This document shows positions 1 to 6,861 of a stretch of 27,123 nt of DNA, one piece after another. The position numbers and the translations under genes were made by a program. The notes under the pieces were generated by a model. That model worked only from the letters and a program-made list of their open reading frames with translations, did no database searches and was not told the origin of the DNA. Origin of the DNA: an uncultured virus (IMG/VR IMGVR_UViG_3300016471_000493) (lineage: Duplodnaviria; Heunggongvirae; Uroviricota; Caudoviricetes). The stretch is taken from IMG/VR virus record IMGVR_UViG_3300016471_000493. One strand, given 5' to 3'. The first letter of the stretch is position 1. Every line of letters starts with the position of its first letter.

Positions 1-2
1 AC

Positions 3-806
3 TTTTTGACATACTCTTTTCCGTGTGTTGATGTTTCAATTTCAGGTAAACAACAAGGAATCAAAGAAGGTACAAGAAGTGGTTTATTATTTGATGTGGA
101 AAGAATTTTATCAGTGAATAGACCGAAATACCTTTTAATGGAAAATGTAAAGAACCTAATATCTAAAAAACATATTAAATCATTTGAAAACCACATTCTT
201 TTTCTGAAACAATTAGGATATAGTTCTTTTTGGAAATTATTAAATGGTGCTGATTTTGGTTGTCCACAAAACAGAGAAAGAATTTTTATGATGTCTGTTC
301 TAAATGGTGATCTAGAAGACGTTAAACAAAAGATGATGAATGTTGATAAGTATAAAAAAACTAGAGTACCAATGTCTTTGTTCGTTGAGGAAACTAATGA
401 CTCATCATTGTTTATCAATTGTCCATTCACATTACACAAAACAAAACAAAACACTGTCTGTAAGTTAGCCGCTAGACGAAATGATATTAATTATGATCAA
501 ACAAAACGGATTTACTCTATAGATGCTTGTTCACCTTGTTTAACCACTAGTGGGTCTCCACAAATTATGACACGGGATGGTAGAGTAAGAACACTTACCG
601 CAAGAGAGGGGTATAGATTTATGGGTGTCCATGATCAAGATATCGATAAACTATTAACAACATCTTTATCAACTAGAGCTCACATTTCATTAGCAGGTAA
701 TTCGATATGTGTTCCAGTTATGGAAGTAATCTTTAAAGAATTTTTCTACGAATACATTCAAGAACCTACAATGTCTGATACTATTACAGAAATCGTTGAA
801 GTTTGA
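3..806 (+). CDS. C5 cytosine DNA methyltransferase, 5'-truncated by the window edge
   Basis: Motif IV SFPC, motif VI ENV, motif VIII QNRERIF and motif X AGNSI are present. The frame is open from the window start and motif I is missing. Confidence 0.93.
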   Translation, partial: FLTYSFPCVDVSISGKQQGIKEGTRSGLLFDVERILSVNRPKYLLMENVKNLISKKHIKSFENHILFLKQLGYSSFWKLLNGADFGCPQNRERIFMMSVLNGDLEDVKQKMMNVDKYKKTRVPMSLFVEETNDSSLFINCPFTLHKTKQNTVCKLAARRNDINYDQTKRIYSIDACSPCLTTSGSPQIMTRDGRVRTLTAREGYRFMGVHDQDIDKLLTTSLSTRAHISLAGNSICVPVMEVIFKEFFYEYIQEPTMSDTITEIVEV

Positions 807-815
807 TTTTTTTAC

Positions 816-851
816 ATGAACTATCAAACCACTAAAGATAGTTTGGTTTCT
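816..851 (-). mobile_element. Isolated IS200/IS605-like right-end hairpin remnant
   Basis: tgaactatcaaaccactaaagatagtttggtttct closely matches tgaactacccaaccactaaagatggttgtgattct at 15793-15827, including the CTAAAGA loop. Confidence 0.65.
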
Positions 852-874
852 TGTGGGTATTAATTAAAATTTAC

Positions 875-2461
875 TTACAAATCAGCTAATCTGTCAGAAA
901 GGTAAGAATTAAACTCACTATCATCACACCATGGACTCCAACGACTATCTATAGAGAATGAAGGTTGTTTAATTATATTTTTGTAGTAGTCAAAAAGATA
1001 GTCTAGAAATAATTCTAACGAAGTTTCATTTGCACTCTCCATAGATTCTGCAATCTCATCCAAATCAGAATTTTCTAAAAATGGTAGTAAATCAAAACCA
1101 TTTATTTTTAATTTAACCCCAGTGTCGTTCATTTCAACCACTTCCCCGTATTGACTCAAAGCACTTTTCAACGTGTCATAATAATGGTCATAAGTTGCGA
1201 CCTCTTCACAATCATTCCTTGCTGAATTCATAGCACTTTTTATATCTACCAAATCATTAAATTCCTCAATAGCCTCTTCTAACTCTTCAGGAATTTCTTC
1301 AATACTATGTTCATTTGCGGTTTTTCTGATTATACCCCAAATAGTTTCTGCATTTTTTTCACTAACATCGTCTATAAGATCACTCAGGGAATAATCATAA
1401 TAGTCATAATGACCCCAAAAGTCTCCACTCAAAAGTGTTTCAAAAAACCCAACTTGGATTATTCTACCACTTGGAGTTGTTCTTCTTCTTTCTGTCCAAT
1501 CCCCATCGACATAATCTTTCACATTTTCTGGGTCGATAGAAATTTCAAATGTAAGATCTTTACCTTCAAATGGACTTTTATCAATCAATCCCATTTTGTT
1601 AAGTTTATATTTTGTAATAAATCCATCGAAAAAGTCAGGTCTTTGGGACATTAAGGTGTTTATTTGGTCTTTGGAAAGATCCCAAATTTGGAAATCTGTT
1701 TCAGGTCTATATTCACTTTTAAATTTATTTATAAAATATTCCGAGTCATTATCAGGAACAGGGTTTTTCAAAGTAAGAAGTGGAAGTATGTATTTGATAT
1801 ATTCTTCATCAGGTTTGGAATTTTTGGGTCCTTTCATTTGAATCACAACACCATCATTATCAATTGCCGCGGTAACGTGACTTCGGTTTATTGTAAATTT
1901 ATCTGATAATTTTTGAAACGATCTTAAAGAATATAGATTAGCTCTAGACCTACCACAATGACCCATTCGTTCACATTCTTCAGGTGAGTTATTAGTTCCC
2001 AAATTTACCCAATAGTAACCCAAACCGTCAGACCCCCTAAAATCTTTGATTATTTCATTTTTCTCGTCATAGTTGATATTTCCACTCCCTATTTGTAAAC
2101 TTTGATGCCATTCATGTTGAAGTGCACTTAGTTGAGACCAACTAAGTTGTTTAATTGAACTTGTGTCTCCATTTAAGTGTACTCGAACATAGTCAATAAT
2201 ACCAACTATACTGCTACGATAGTTTCGAATAAAATTACTTACGTAACCATCTATAGTCCCAGGTTCAATTGACACAGAAGGTCTATTTCTTGACCCAAAG
2301 GCTGATGTATCCAAAATTTTATTTGCAATCCACACAGAAAGATTTCCACATATTTTTTGTAGAGTTTCCGCGGTGGTTTGAGATAAACCAAGTTTTTCTA
2401 CCAAAATTTTGACCTTTGACCCTTCTAAGATCAAATTTGAAAGATTTTTAATTAGTTTCAA
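875..2461 (-). CDS. Leader-bearing phage protein with PcfJ-like central domain and acidic C-terminus
   Basis: 528 aa. Leader MKLIKNLSNLILE. EECERMGHCG...YSLR...HVT...IQMKGPKNSKP follows the PcfJ-like pattern. TATTTATA lies at 2481-2474. Confidence 0.7.
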   Translation of the reverse strand: MKLIKNLSNLILEGSKVKILVEKLGLSQTTAETLQKICGNLSVWIANKILDTSAFGSRNRPSVSIEPGTIDGYVSNFIRNYRSSIVGIIDYVRVHLNGDTSSIKQLSWSQLSALQHEWHQSLQIGSGNINYDEKNEIIKDFRGSDGLGYYWVNLGTNNSPEECERMGHCGRSRANLYSLRSFQKLSDKFTINRSHVTAAIDNDGVVIQMKGPKNSKPDEEYIKYILPLLTLKNPVPDNDSEYFINKFKSEYRPETDFQIWDLSKDQINTLMSQRPDFFDGFITKYKLNKMGLIDKSPFEGKDLTFEISIDPENVKDYVDGDWTERRRTTPSGRIIQVGFFETLLSGDFWGHYDYYDYSLSDLIDDVSEKNAETIWGIIRKTANEHSIEEIPEELEEAIEEFNDLVDIKSAMNSARNDCEEVATYDHYYDTLKSALSQYGEVVEMNDTGVKLKINGFDLLPFLENSDLDEIAESMESANETSLELFLDYLFDYYKNIIKQPSFSIDSRWSPWCDDSEFNSYLSDRLADL

Positions 2462-2473
2462 AACACTTTTTTT

Positions 2474-2481
2474 TATAAATA
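2474..2481 (-). promoter_or_regulatory. TATTTATA motif (putative phage late promoter), representative copy
   Basis: The same sense-strand motif precedes many leader-bearing genes; positions are listed in the findings. Confidence 0.65.
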
Positions 2482-2502
2482 CAAATACACTTAAAAAAAA
2501 AA

Positions 2503-2534
2503 TTTGATTTTCGAGAATTTTTCAATTATCTTTG
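2503..2534 (+). promoter_or_regulatory. Bacteroidota-type primary sigma promoter (-33/-7)
   Basis: TTTG (2503-2506), 20 nt spacer, TATCTTTG (2527-2534). Confidence 0.8.
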
Positions 2535-2545
2535 TAAGAAAAAAT

Positions 2546-2749
2546 ATGATTACTGGATTAATAATTGGATTTTTGATTGGATTTCTAACCACTTTTGTAA
2601 TTGGTTATTTGATTTTTTTAAAATTTGTAAAAAGACCTATGAACAAATTAATTAATGAATCATTCTCAAATTTTTTAAATTTTGGAATCAAAAATGGTAT
2701 AGATGTTGTGGACATTCAGAAAAAAATATACAAAAAAGACAAATTTTAA
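2546..2749 (+). CDS. Small single-pass membrane protein
   Basis: ATG at 2546 lies just after the promoter. Hydrophobic N-terminus MITGLIIGFLIGFLTTFVIGYLIFLK. Confidence 0.7.
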   Translation: MITGLIIGFLIGFLTTFVIGYLIFLKFVKRPMNKLINESFSNFLNFGIKNGIDVVDIQKKIYKKDKF

Positions 2750-2750
2750 A

Positions 2751-2894
2751 AGTCCGGCTTGAGATTGAGTGAGTTCTTTCTGGTAATCAATCTCAGGTAA
2801 CAACCAGTCACTGTAGATCCACAGGATCGGTGTGAACAGAAAGATCGTCAACCGGGAAAACGGTACTGAAGAGGTAACCAGTCTCTTCTTTTTT
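2751..2894 (+). ncRNA. Putative structured non-coding RNA of unknown family ending in an intrinsic terminator
   Basis: GC-rich island in AT-rich DNA. Stems TGAGATTGA/TCAATCTCA, GGT/ACC, GATCC/GGATC and ACCG/CGGT, long-range TCTTTCTG/CAGAAAGA, and a final GAAGAGG/TCTCTTC followed by a T-run. Confidence 0.65.
2868..2894 (+). terminator. Intrinsic terminator
   Basis: GAAGAGG-TAACCAG-TCTCTTC followed by TTTTTT. Confidence 0.65.
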
Positions 2895-3760
2895 CAATAT
2901 TTGTTACCAAACATTTCAAAATCTTCTTTCATTGTTTTCAACATATCTTTTGGATATACCATTGTGAGCAATTGTTTCCATTTATATGCGATTTTGTCAT
3001 CTATAGAATCCCACCAATCATAATCTTCAATATTTTCAGCATCCCTACTTAAATCAAAATGGATTGCCAATTTCTCAAAAGGAGATTTGAGGACTTTAGA
3101 TATTATGTAATATAGTGGACCTTTTTGAGTAATATTTCTAAAATGGGTATCAGAAGTTTCAGTTGTACACCATCTTGTATTTGCTCCGTATTTACACGAG
3201 GCCGCATGATTTAACGGAACTACAACTAAATATTCACCATCATCATATATTTTTTTGGCTTTTGGAGTATCACTCTCTTTTTGTATTAAGATTTTTAAAT
3301 ACTCGTCTTTTACATCCGCAAAATATGGAAATTGATTGATATCCTGATAAGTAAACTTGTGGCTCATTCTATCGAAAATAGAAACCACCTTAACAAAATC
3401 ATTTAGATACTCAATTTTTTCGACCCTAAGTGCCATAGTTCCCAAAATTTCTAACATCGTTCTGAGACTCCATTCTCTATAATCTTCACTCGTGTCTGAT
3501 AGACTTGATTTATTATACTCTACCACACGATCCCATCGAAATGGAGACATACCTGGGGAATACCAATTCTTTAACAAAAAATCTAAATATTTTTGTTTGG
3601 TACGTATCATAAATTCATTATTCAACGATAAGGTATACATGTTGGTATTACCTTCAGCAATGAACATACTTACTTCTATTTCCGCATCAATGTACTCCTT
3701 GTATTTAGATCTAATTTCTCTAATTCGACTTTCTGAAATTAAAAAACTCTTTCTGTGCAT
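2894..3760 (-). CDS. Leader-bearing phage protein with C-terminal ASCxYGxxTxWC domain
   Basis: Likely ATG at 3760 (MHRKSFLISE), just downstream of TATTTATA at 3771-3764. Motif KIYDDGEYLVVVPLNHAASCKYGANTRWCT. Confidence 0.75.
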   Translation of the reverse strand: MHRKSFLISESRIREIRSKYKEYIDAEIEVSMFIAEGNTNMYTLSLNNEFMIRTKQKYLDFLLKNWYSPGMSPFRWDRVVEYNKSSLSDTSEDYREWSLRTMLEILGTMALRVEKIEYLNDFVKVVSIFDRMSHKFTYQDINQFPYFADVKDEYLKILIQKESDTPKAKKIYDDGEYLVVVPLNHAASCKYGANTRWCTTETSDTHFRNITQKGPLYYIISKVLKSPFEKLAIHFDLSRDAENIEDYDWWDSIDDKIAYKWKQLLTMVYPKDMLKTMKEDFEMFGNKY

Positions 3761-3784
3761 TTGTATAAATATACATAAAAAAAA

Positions 3785-3815
3785 TTTGATTAAACTCAAG
3801 TTTGTTGTATCTTTG
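3785..3815 (+). promoter_or_regulatory. Bacteroidota-type promoter of the tRNA cluster
   Basis: TTTG (3785-3788), 19 nt spacer, TATCTTTG (3808-3815). Confidence 0.8.
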
Positions 3816-3820
3816 TAAAT

Positions 3821-3850
3821 GTTCGAGTCAAATTGAACTTGTTCTTTGAA
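3821..3850 (+). promoter_or_regulatory. boxB-like hairpin plus boxA-like antitermination site
   Basis: GTTCGA-GTCAAA-TTGAAC hairpin, then TGTTCTTTGAA, located between the promoter and the first tRNA. Confidence 0.55.
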
Positions 3851-3862
3851 ATCATGAAAATT

Positions 3863-3947
3863 GCCAGAGTGTTGAAACAGGTAGACAAGATTGACTTAAA
3901 ATTAATTGAGCTAAGCGCTCGTGTGGGTTCGAGTCCCATCTCTGGTA
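3863..3947 (+). tRNA. tRNA-Leu (TAA)
   Basis: Acceptor GCCAGAG/CTCTGGT, anticodon arm ATTGA-CTTAAAA-TTAAT, long variable arm, T arm GTGGG-TTCGAGT-CCCAT. Confidence 0.93.
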
Positions 3948-3956
3948 CAATATTTT

Positions 3957-4050
3957 AGTCAGGTGGCGGAATGGTAGACGTTATACATAGATAACAACCA
4001 ATATTTAAAAGAGGTGTGTTATCATACAGGTTCGAATCCTGTCCTGACTT
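3957..4050 (+). ncRNA. tRNA-like RNA with no canonical anticodon arm
   Basis: Perfect acceptor AGTCAGG/CCTGACT, D arm GCG-GAATGGTAGA-CGT, T arm ACAGG-TTCGAAT-CCTGT. The central region is an irregular long hairpin. Confidence 0.8.
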
Positions 4051-4055
4051 CATAT

Positions 4056-4127
4056 CGCGGGGAAGAGCAAAGGCTGCTCACTGGGCTCATAACCCAGGGG
4101 TTGTGGGTTCGAGTCCCACCCCCGCTA
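4056..4127 (+). tRNA. Initiator tRNA-fMet (CAT)
   Basis: C1:T72 mismatch, anticodon arm CTGGG-CTCATAA-CCCAG with three G-C pairs, T arm GTGGG-TTCGAGT-CCCAC. Confidence 0.92.
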
Positions 4128-4140
4128 CAAAATATTACAT

Positions 4141-4227
4141 ATGAATAGTTATTATTTTATAATCCTATTACTTTTATTTATTGTATTGGGTTTTGGAATT
4201 TTGTGGTATGAATCAAAAAAAATATAA
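4141..4227 (+). CDS. 28-aa membrane peptide inside the tRNA cluster (not in the ORF track)
   Basis: MNSYYFIILLLLFIVLGFGILWYESKKI*: one hydrophobic helix with a basic tail, filling the tRNA spacer almost exactly. Confidence 0.5.
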   Translation: MNSYYFIILLLLFIVLGFGILWYESKKI

Positions 4228-4231
4228 ATCT

Positions 4232-4304
4232 GCTCTCGTGGCGCAACGGTTAGCGCAAGATGCTTATACCATCGAGGTTACAGGTTCAAATCCTGTCGGG
4301 AGTA
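4232..4304 (+). tRNA. tRNA-Ile (TAT)
   Basis: Acceptor GCTCTCG/CGGGAGT, loop CT-TAT-AC at 4263-4269, T arm ACAGG-TTCAAAT-CCTGT. Confidence 0.88.
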
Positions 4305-4310
4305 CAAAAC

Positions 4311-4381
4311 GCCTCCATAGTTAAACGGTATAACGATTGATTTGTAATCAATTATTCTTGGTTCGATTCCGAGTGGAGGCT
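4311..4381 (+). tRNA. tRNA-Thr (TGT)
   Basis: Acceptor GCCTCCA/TGGAGGC, anticodon arm ATTGA-TTTGTAA-TCAAT. Confidence 0.93.
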
Positions 4382-4391
4382 CAATTAAATT

Positions 4392-4463
4392 GGGTCCATA
4401 GTTAAAGGGATATAACTTCTGCCTTCTAAGCTGACGTTCCAAGTTCGAATCTTGGTGGACCTA
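4392..4463 (+). tRNA. tRNA-Arg (TCT)
   Basis: Acceptor GGGTCCA/TGGACCT, loop CT-TCT-AA, T arm CCAAG-TTCGAAT-CTTGG. Confidence 0.92.
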
Positions 4464-4467
4464 CTAA

Positions 4468-4511
4468 ATTGGTTGTCTATTGTTCATACCAATCAAAAAT
4501 AATGAACTAGA
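4468..4511 (+). other. Predicted H-type RNA pseudoknot at the 3' end of the tRNA cluster
   Basis: Stem 1 ATTGGT/ACCAAT, stem 2 TCTA-TT-GTTCAT/ATGAAC-TAGA, A-rich connecting loop. Confidence 0.45.
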
Positions 4512-4552
4512 TCAAAATATTTCAATTTTTTTCAAGAATAAAAAGTATAAAG

Positions 4553-4584
4553 TTTGGTAATTTGAAAAAAAATATCTATATTTG
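4553..4584 (+). promoter_or_regulatory. Bacteroidota-type promoter
   Basis: TTTG (4553-4556), 20 nt spacer, TATATTTG (4577-4584). Confidence 0.78.
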
Positions 4585-4601
4585 TCTTCAATTTATTTCA
4601 A

Positions 4602-5105
4602 ATGACACCGCACGAGTTACTTCATATCATAAACCATCAGCCCAACAAATTGTCTTTGTTAATCGATACATTGAATTTGTTGAAAAATTCTAATGGTTTT
4701 GAACAAGATTTATTGACACCAGGGTTCATTAAAGAGTGGTTGGTATCCGATATTTTGGGTCATAAATGTCACAAGACCAAACATGGTGCCGACGCTACTT
4801 CATTGGACGGCACAGAGAAATACGAATACTTGTCTTGTAAAGAAGGTGGTTCATTCCAATTGGACCGTATTCATAGGAACAATCTTCATCGTATCGAAAG
4901 AAACAACGCATTTTTTTTCGCTCTATTCGATCAGAACGATGGGTTGAAATGTTTGAAGATATGGAAGGGAGCTACCTCAGATGTTCTCTCTGAATGTCTT
5001 AAGAAATTTGAAACTATGTCCGCTAGTTCAAATCATATATCTATATCTAAAAAATGGGTAATGAATAATTGTGAATTGGTATTTGAAAAACTTGATTTAC
5101 TTTAA
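4602..5105 (+). CDS. PvuII-like restriction-endonuclease-fold protein
   Basis: 167 aa. HGADATSLDGTEKYEYLS parallels PvuII EGNDAVDNAGQEYELKS, and the C-terminal ISKKWVMNNCELVF parallels IPVKYVMEHGTKIY (comparison recalled from memory). Confidence 0.6.
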   Translation: MTPHELLHIINHQPNKLSLLIDTLNLLKNSNGFEQDLLTPGFIKEWLVSDILGHKCHKTKHGADATSLDGTEKYEYLSCKEGGSFQLDRIHRNNLHRIERNNAFFFALFDQNDGLKCLKIWKGATSDVLSECLKKFETMSASSNHISISKKWVMNNCELVFEKLDLL

Positions 5106-5109
5106 AAGA

Positions 5110-6024
5110 CTAGTCCACTTTTATAATCTTAACTTTTTTTCCATCAAATGTATAATGTAAAACGTCACAATCATTATCATGATATTTGAATATTTTTTTG
5201 TTTTTCAAACTTTTTGATATTTGATAAGGTTTTACCACTCCATCAATAATTACAACACCATCAATTCCCAAATAATCGACATATCCAAAATCTGATGAAA
5301 AATCAATTAATTCATATCCTTTTTTTCTCAAATGATCTTTAATTAAAGTTTCTATTTTATTACCCTCTTCTACTGTTGCCAACATACCTTGAGTCAATCT
5401 AACATCAAATTCCTCGTCATTTCGAATTAAATCGGCAATCTCATTCGCCACCAAAATCTGATTATTAGGATCTTTAAAAAAATCTACCAATTTACCTGTT
5501 ACAATTTTTAAGTTTCCATTACTATCAGTTTCTTTTACAAAATTCAATTTATTTCGAATAAATAATTTAGTTAAAATATAAGCTTTACCACTATAATGAC
5601 CGTCCAATTTGTTTAAGAATGAGTATTCGCCGTTTTCATCTACTACCATACTCAAACCTTTCATATCAAGTTTTTCTATTTCATTTTCAACACTAACTCT
5701 TAATTTAGAACACACATTATATTTGTCTAATATGGTTTTGAGATTTTTTAACTGATCCATTCTTTTTATATGTTCAGGATTATACGAATCGAGTTTCATG
5801 ACTCTAAATGGTCCTCTTCCATGAGGATTTATAGGAGATACACCATTTCTCATAACACCATGAAAAAAATTGATAGATGATTTACCGACATGAGATTGTG
5901 TATTTTTTAGAGCACTCTCAACTGATCTACAAAAATAATTACTTTCAGATCCTACTGAAAATTCAGAACATAAATCCTTATAATTTATTCGTTTTTTTAA
6001 TTTTTCAGATATAATAATTTTCAT
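5110..6024 (-). CDS. Leader-bearing protein with C-terminal PD-(D/E)XK-like nuclease domain
   Basis: Leader MKIIISE. C-terminal EGNKIE...DYLGIDGVV...PYQISK. Confidence 0.6.
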   Translation of the reverse strand: MKIIISEKLKKRINYKDLCSEFSVGSESNYFCRSVESALKNTQSHVGKSSINFFHGVMRNGVSPINPHGRGPFRVMKLDSYNPEHIKRMDQLKNLKTILDKYNVCSKLRVSVENEIEKLDMKGLSMVVDENGEYSFLNKLDGHYSGKAYILTKLFIRNKLNFVKETDSNGNLKIVTGKLVDFFKDPNNQILVANEIADLIRNDEEFDVRLTQGMLATVEEGNKIETLIKDHLRKKGYELIDFSSDFGYVDYLGIDGVVIIDGVVKPYQISKSLKNKKIFKYHDNDCDVLHYTFDGKKVKIIKVD

Positions 6025-6033
6025 TGGTTGAAA

Positions 6034-6789
6034 TTAACATTGTCTCACTGGTGGTTTATCATATTGAATGACATATCTATCACCTTGTCTTAAAATTATT
6101 TCGGAGTTTTGATTTAGAAAAATCAAAATTTTACTGTCATTACTGTAAACCATAAAGTGTAAACGATTACTAGGATATTGTTTCATACCTATTGTGGTAA
6201 TTTCCCATTTTCCGTTTTTTTGGGTTGCATCGACTAATGGTTTTACTTGAAATCCTTTTCCATCCACCATAAAATCAATGCCTTCTTTTTCATCTTCTGG
6301 AGAACCTTTACAAAAAACCTTGATTCTATCATCAGTCAGTGTATTGTAAGCTTTTTTTAATCTTTGCAAGGTTGATTTTTCCAATTCAAATCCTCGAGTA
6401 CTAGTTGACCAAACAACATCTCTCAATTGTTTTGCAATATCTCCCACCCCTCCAAATAAAATTTCTTTATTTTCTTTTATCCATTCCATAAAGTTATCAA
6501 CTGTTTGCTCTCGTGGAGGTAAACTCCGTAAGATCGAATTTACGAAAAACCTATACATTTTTATTCTCATTTTTCTATTGGAATAAAAGAAATTCAAAAT
6601 AGACCAATTGGTATTTTCATCGACAGGAAATATGTCTAAAAACCCTTCACGAGTTTTACAAGGCGGTTCATCAATTTGTCCGATATAATCTCGATACATT
6701 TCTTCAAGTATTGATTGAATTAAATCAGAGACTTTCTTTGATAAAAAATCTTTTGGGATTTCTTGTGAATAATCAAGTAATAGGTTCAT
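6034..6789 (-). CDS. Phage protein with PD-QxK nuclease domain
   Basis: RGFELE...EDEKEGIDFMVDGKGFQVKP. TATTTAT lies at 6842-6836. Confidence 0.68.
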   Translation of the reverse strand: MNLLLDYSQEIPKDFLSKKVSDLIQSILEEMYRDYIGQIDEPPCKTREGFLDIFPVDENTNWSILNFFYSNRKMRIKMYRFFVNSILRSLPPREQTVDNFMEWIKENKEILFGGVGDIAKQLRDVVWSTSTRGFELEKSTLQRLKKAYNTLTDDRIKVFCKGSPEDEKEGIDFMVDGKGFQVKPLVDATQKNGKWEITTIGMKQYPSNRLHFMVYSNDSKILIFLNQNSEIILRQGDRYVIQYDKPPVRQC

Positions 6790-6861
6790 TCTATTTTTTT
6801 ATGTTTTGAAAAATTTGATAAACTCGAAATATTTAATAAATATACGAAATTATAGTTAATT

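Noticed and set aside
1307..1906. Plus-strand ORFs 1307-1654, 1596-1841 and 1664-1906
   Set aside because: Antisense shadows of the 528-aa gene with no motifs. The same applies to 3492, 8799, 11303, 14207, 21149, 21603, 23774 and 23973.
2474..2481. TATAAATA as a T4 gp55 late promoter on the plus strand
   Set aside because: Across the window it points away from the adjacent gene starts; the gene-strand reading is TATTTATA.
2866..2890. CTGAAGA as a hammerhead ribozyme core
   Set aside because: No GAAA after the following stem and no stem III/UH cleavage site.
2748..2894. Complete RNase P RNA
   Set aside because: Too short, with no downstream CR-IV/CR-V strand to form P4. Only a partial resemblance is reported.
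2832..3023. 63-aa plus-strand ORF
   Set aside because: Runs through the structured RNA and terminator and antisense into 2894-3760.
4464..4515. tRNA-associated HDV-like (theta) ribozyme
   Set aside because: No P3/L3 between the P2 and P1 strands and no P1.1, so only a simple pseudoknot can be drawn.
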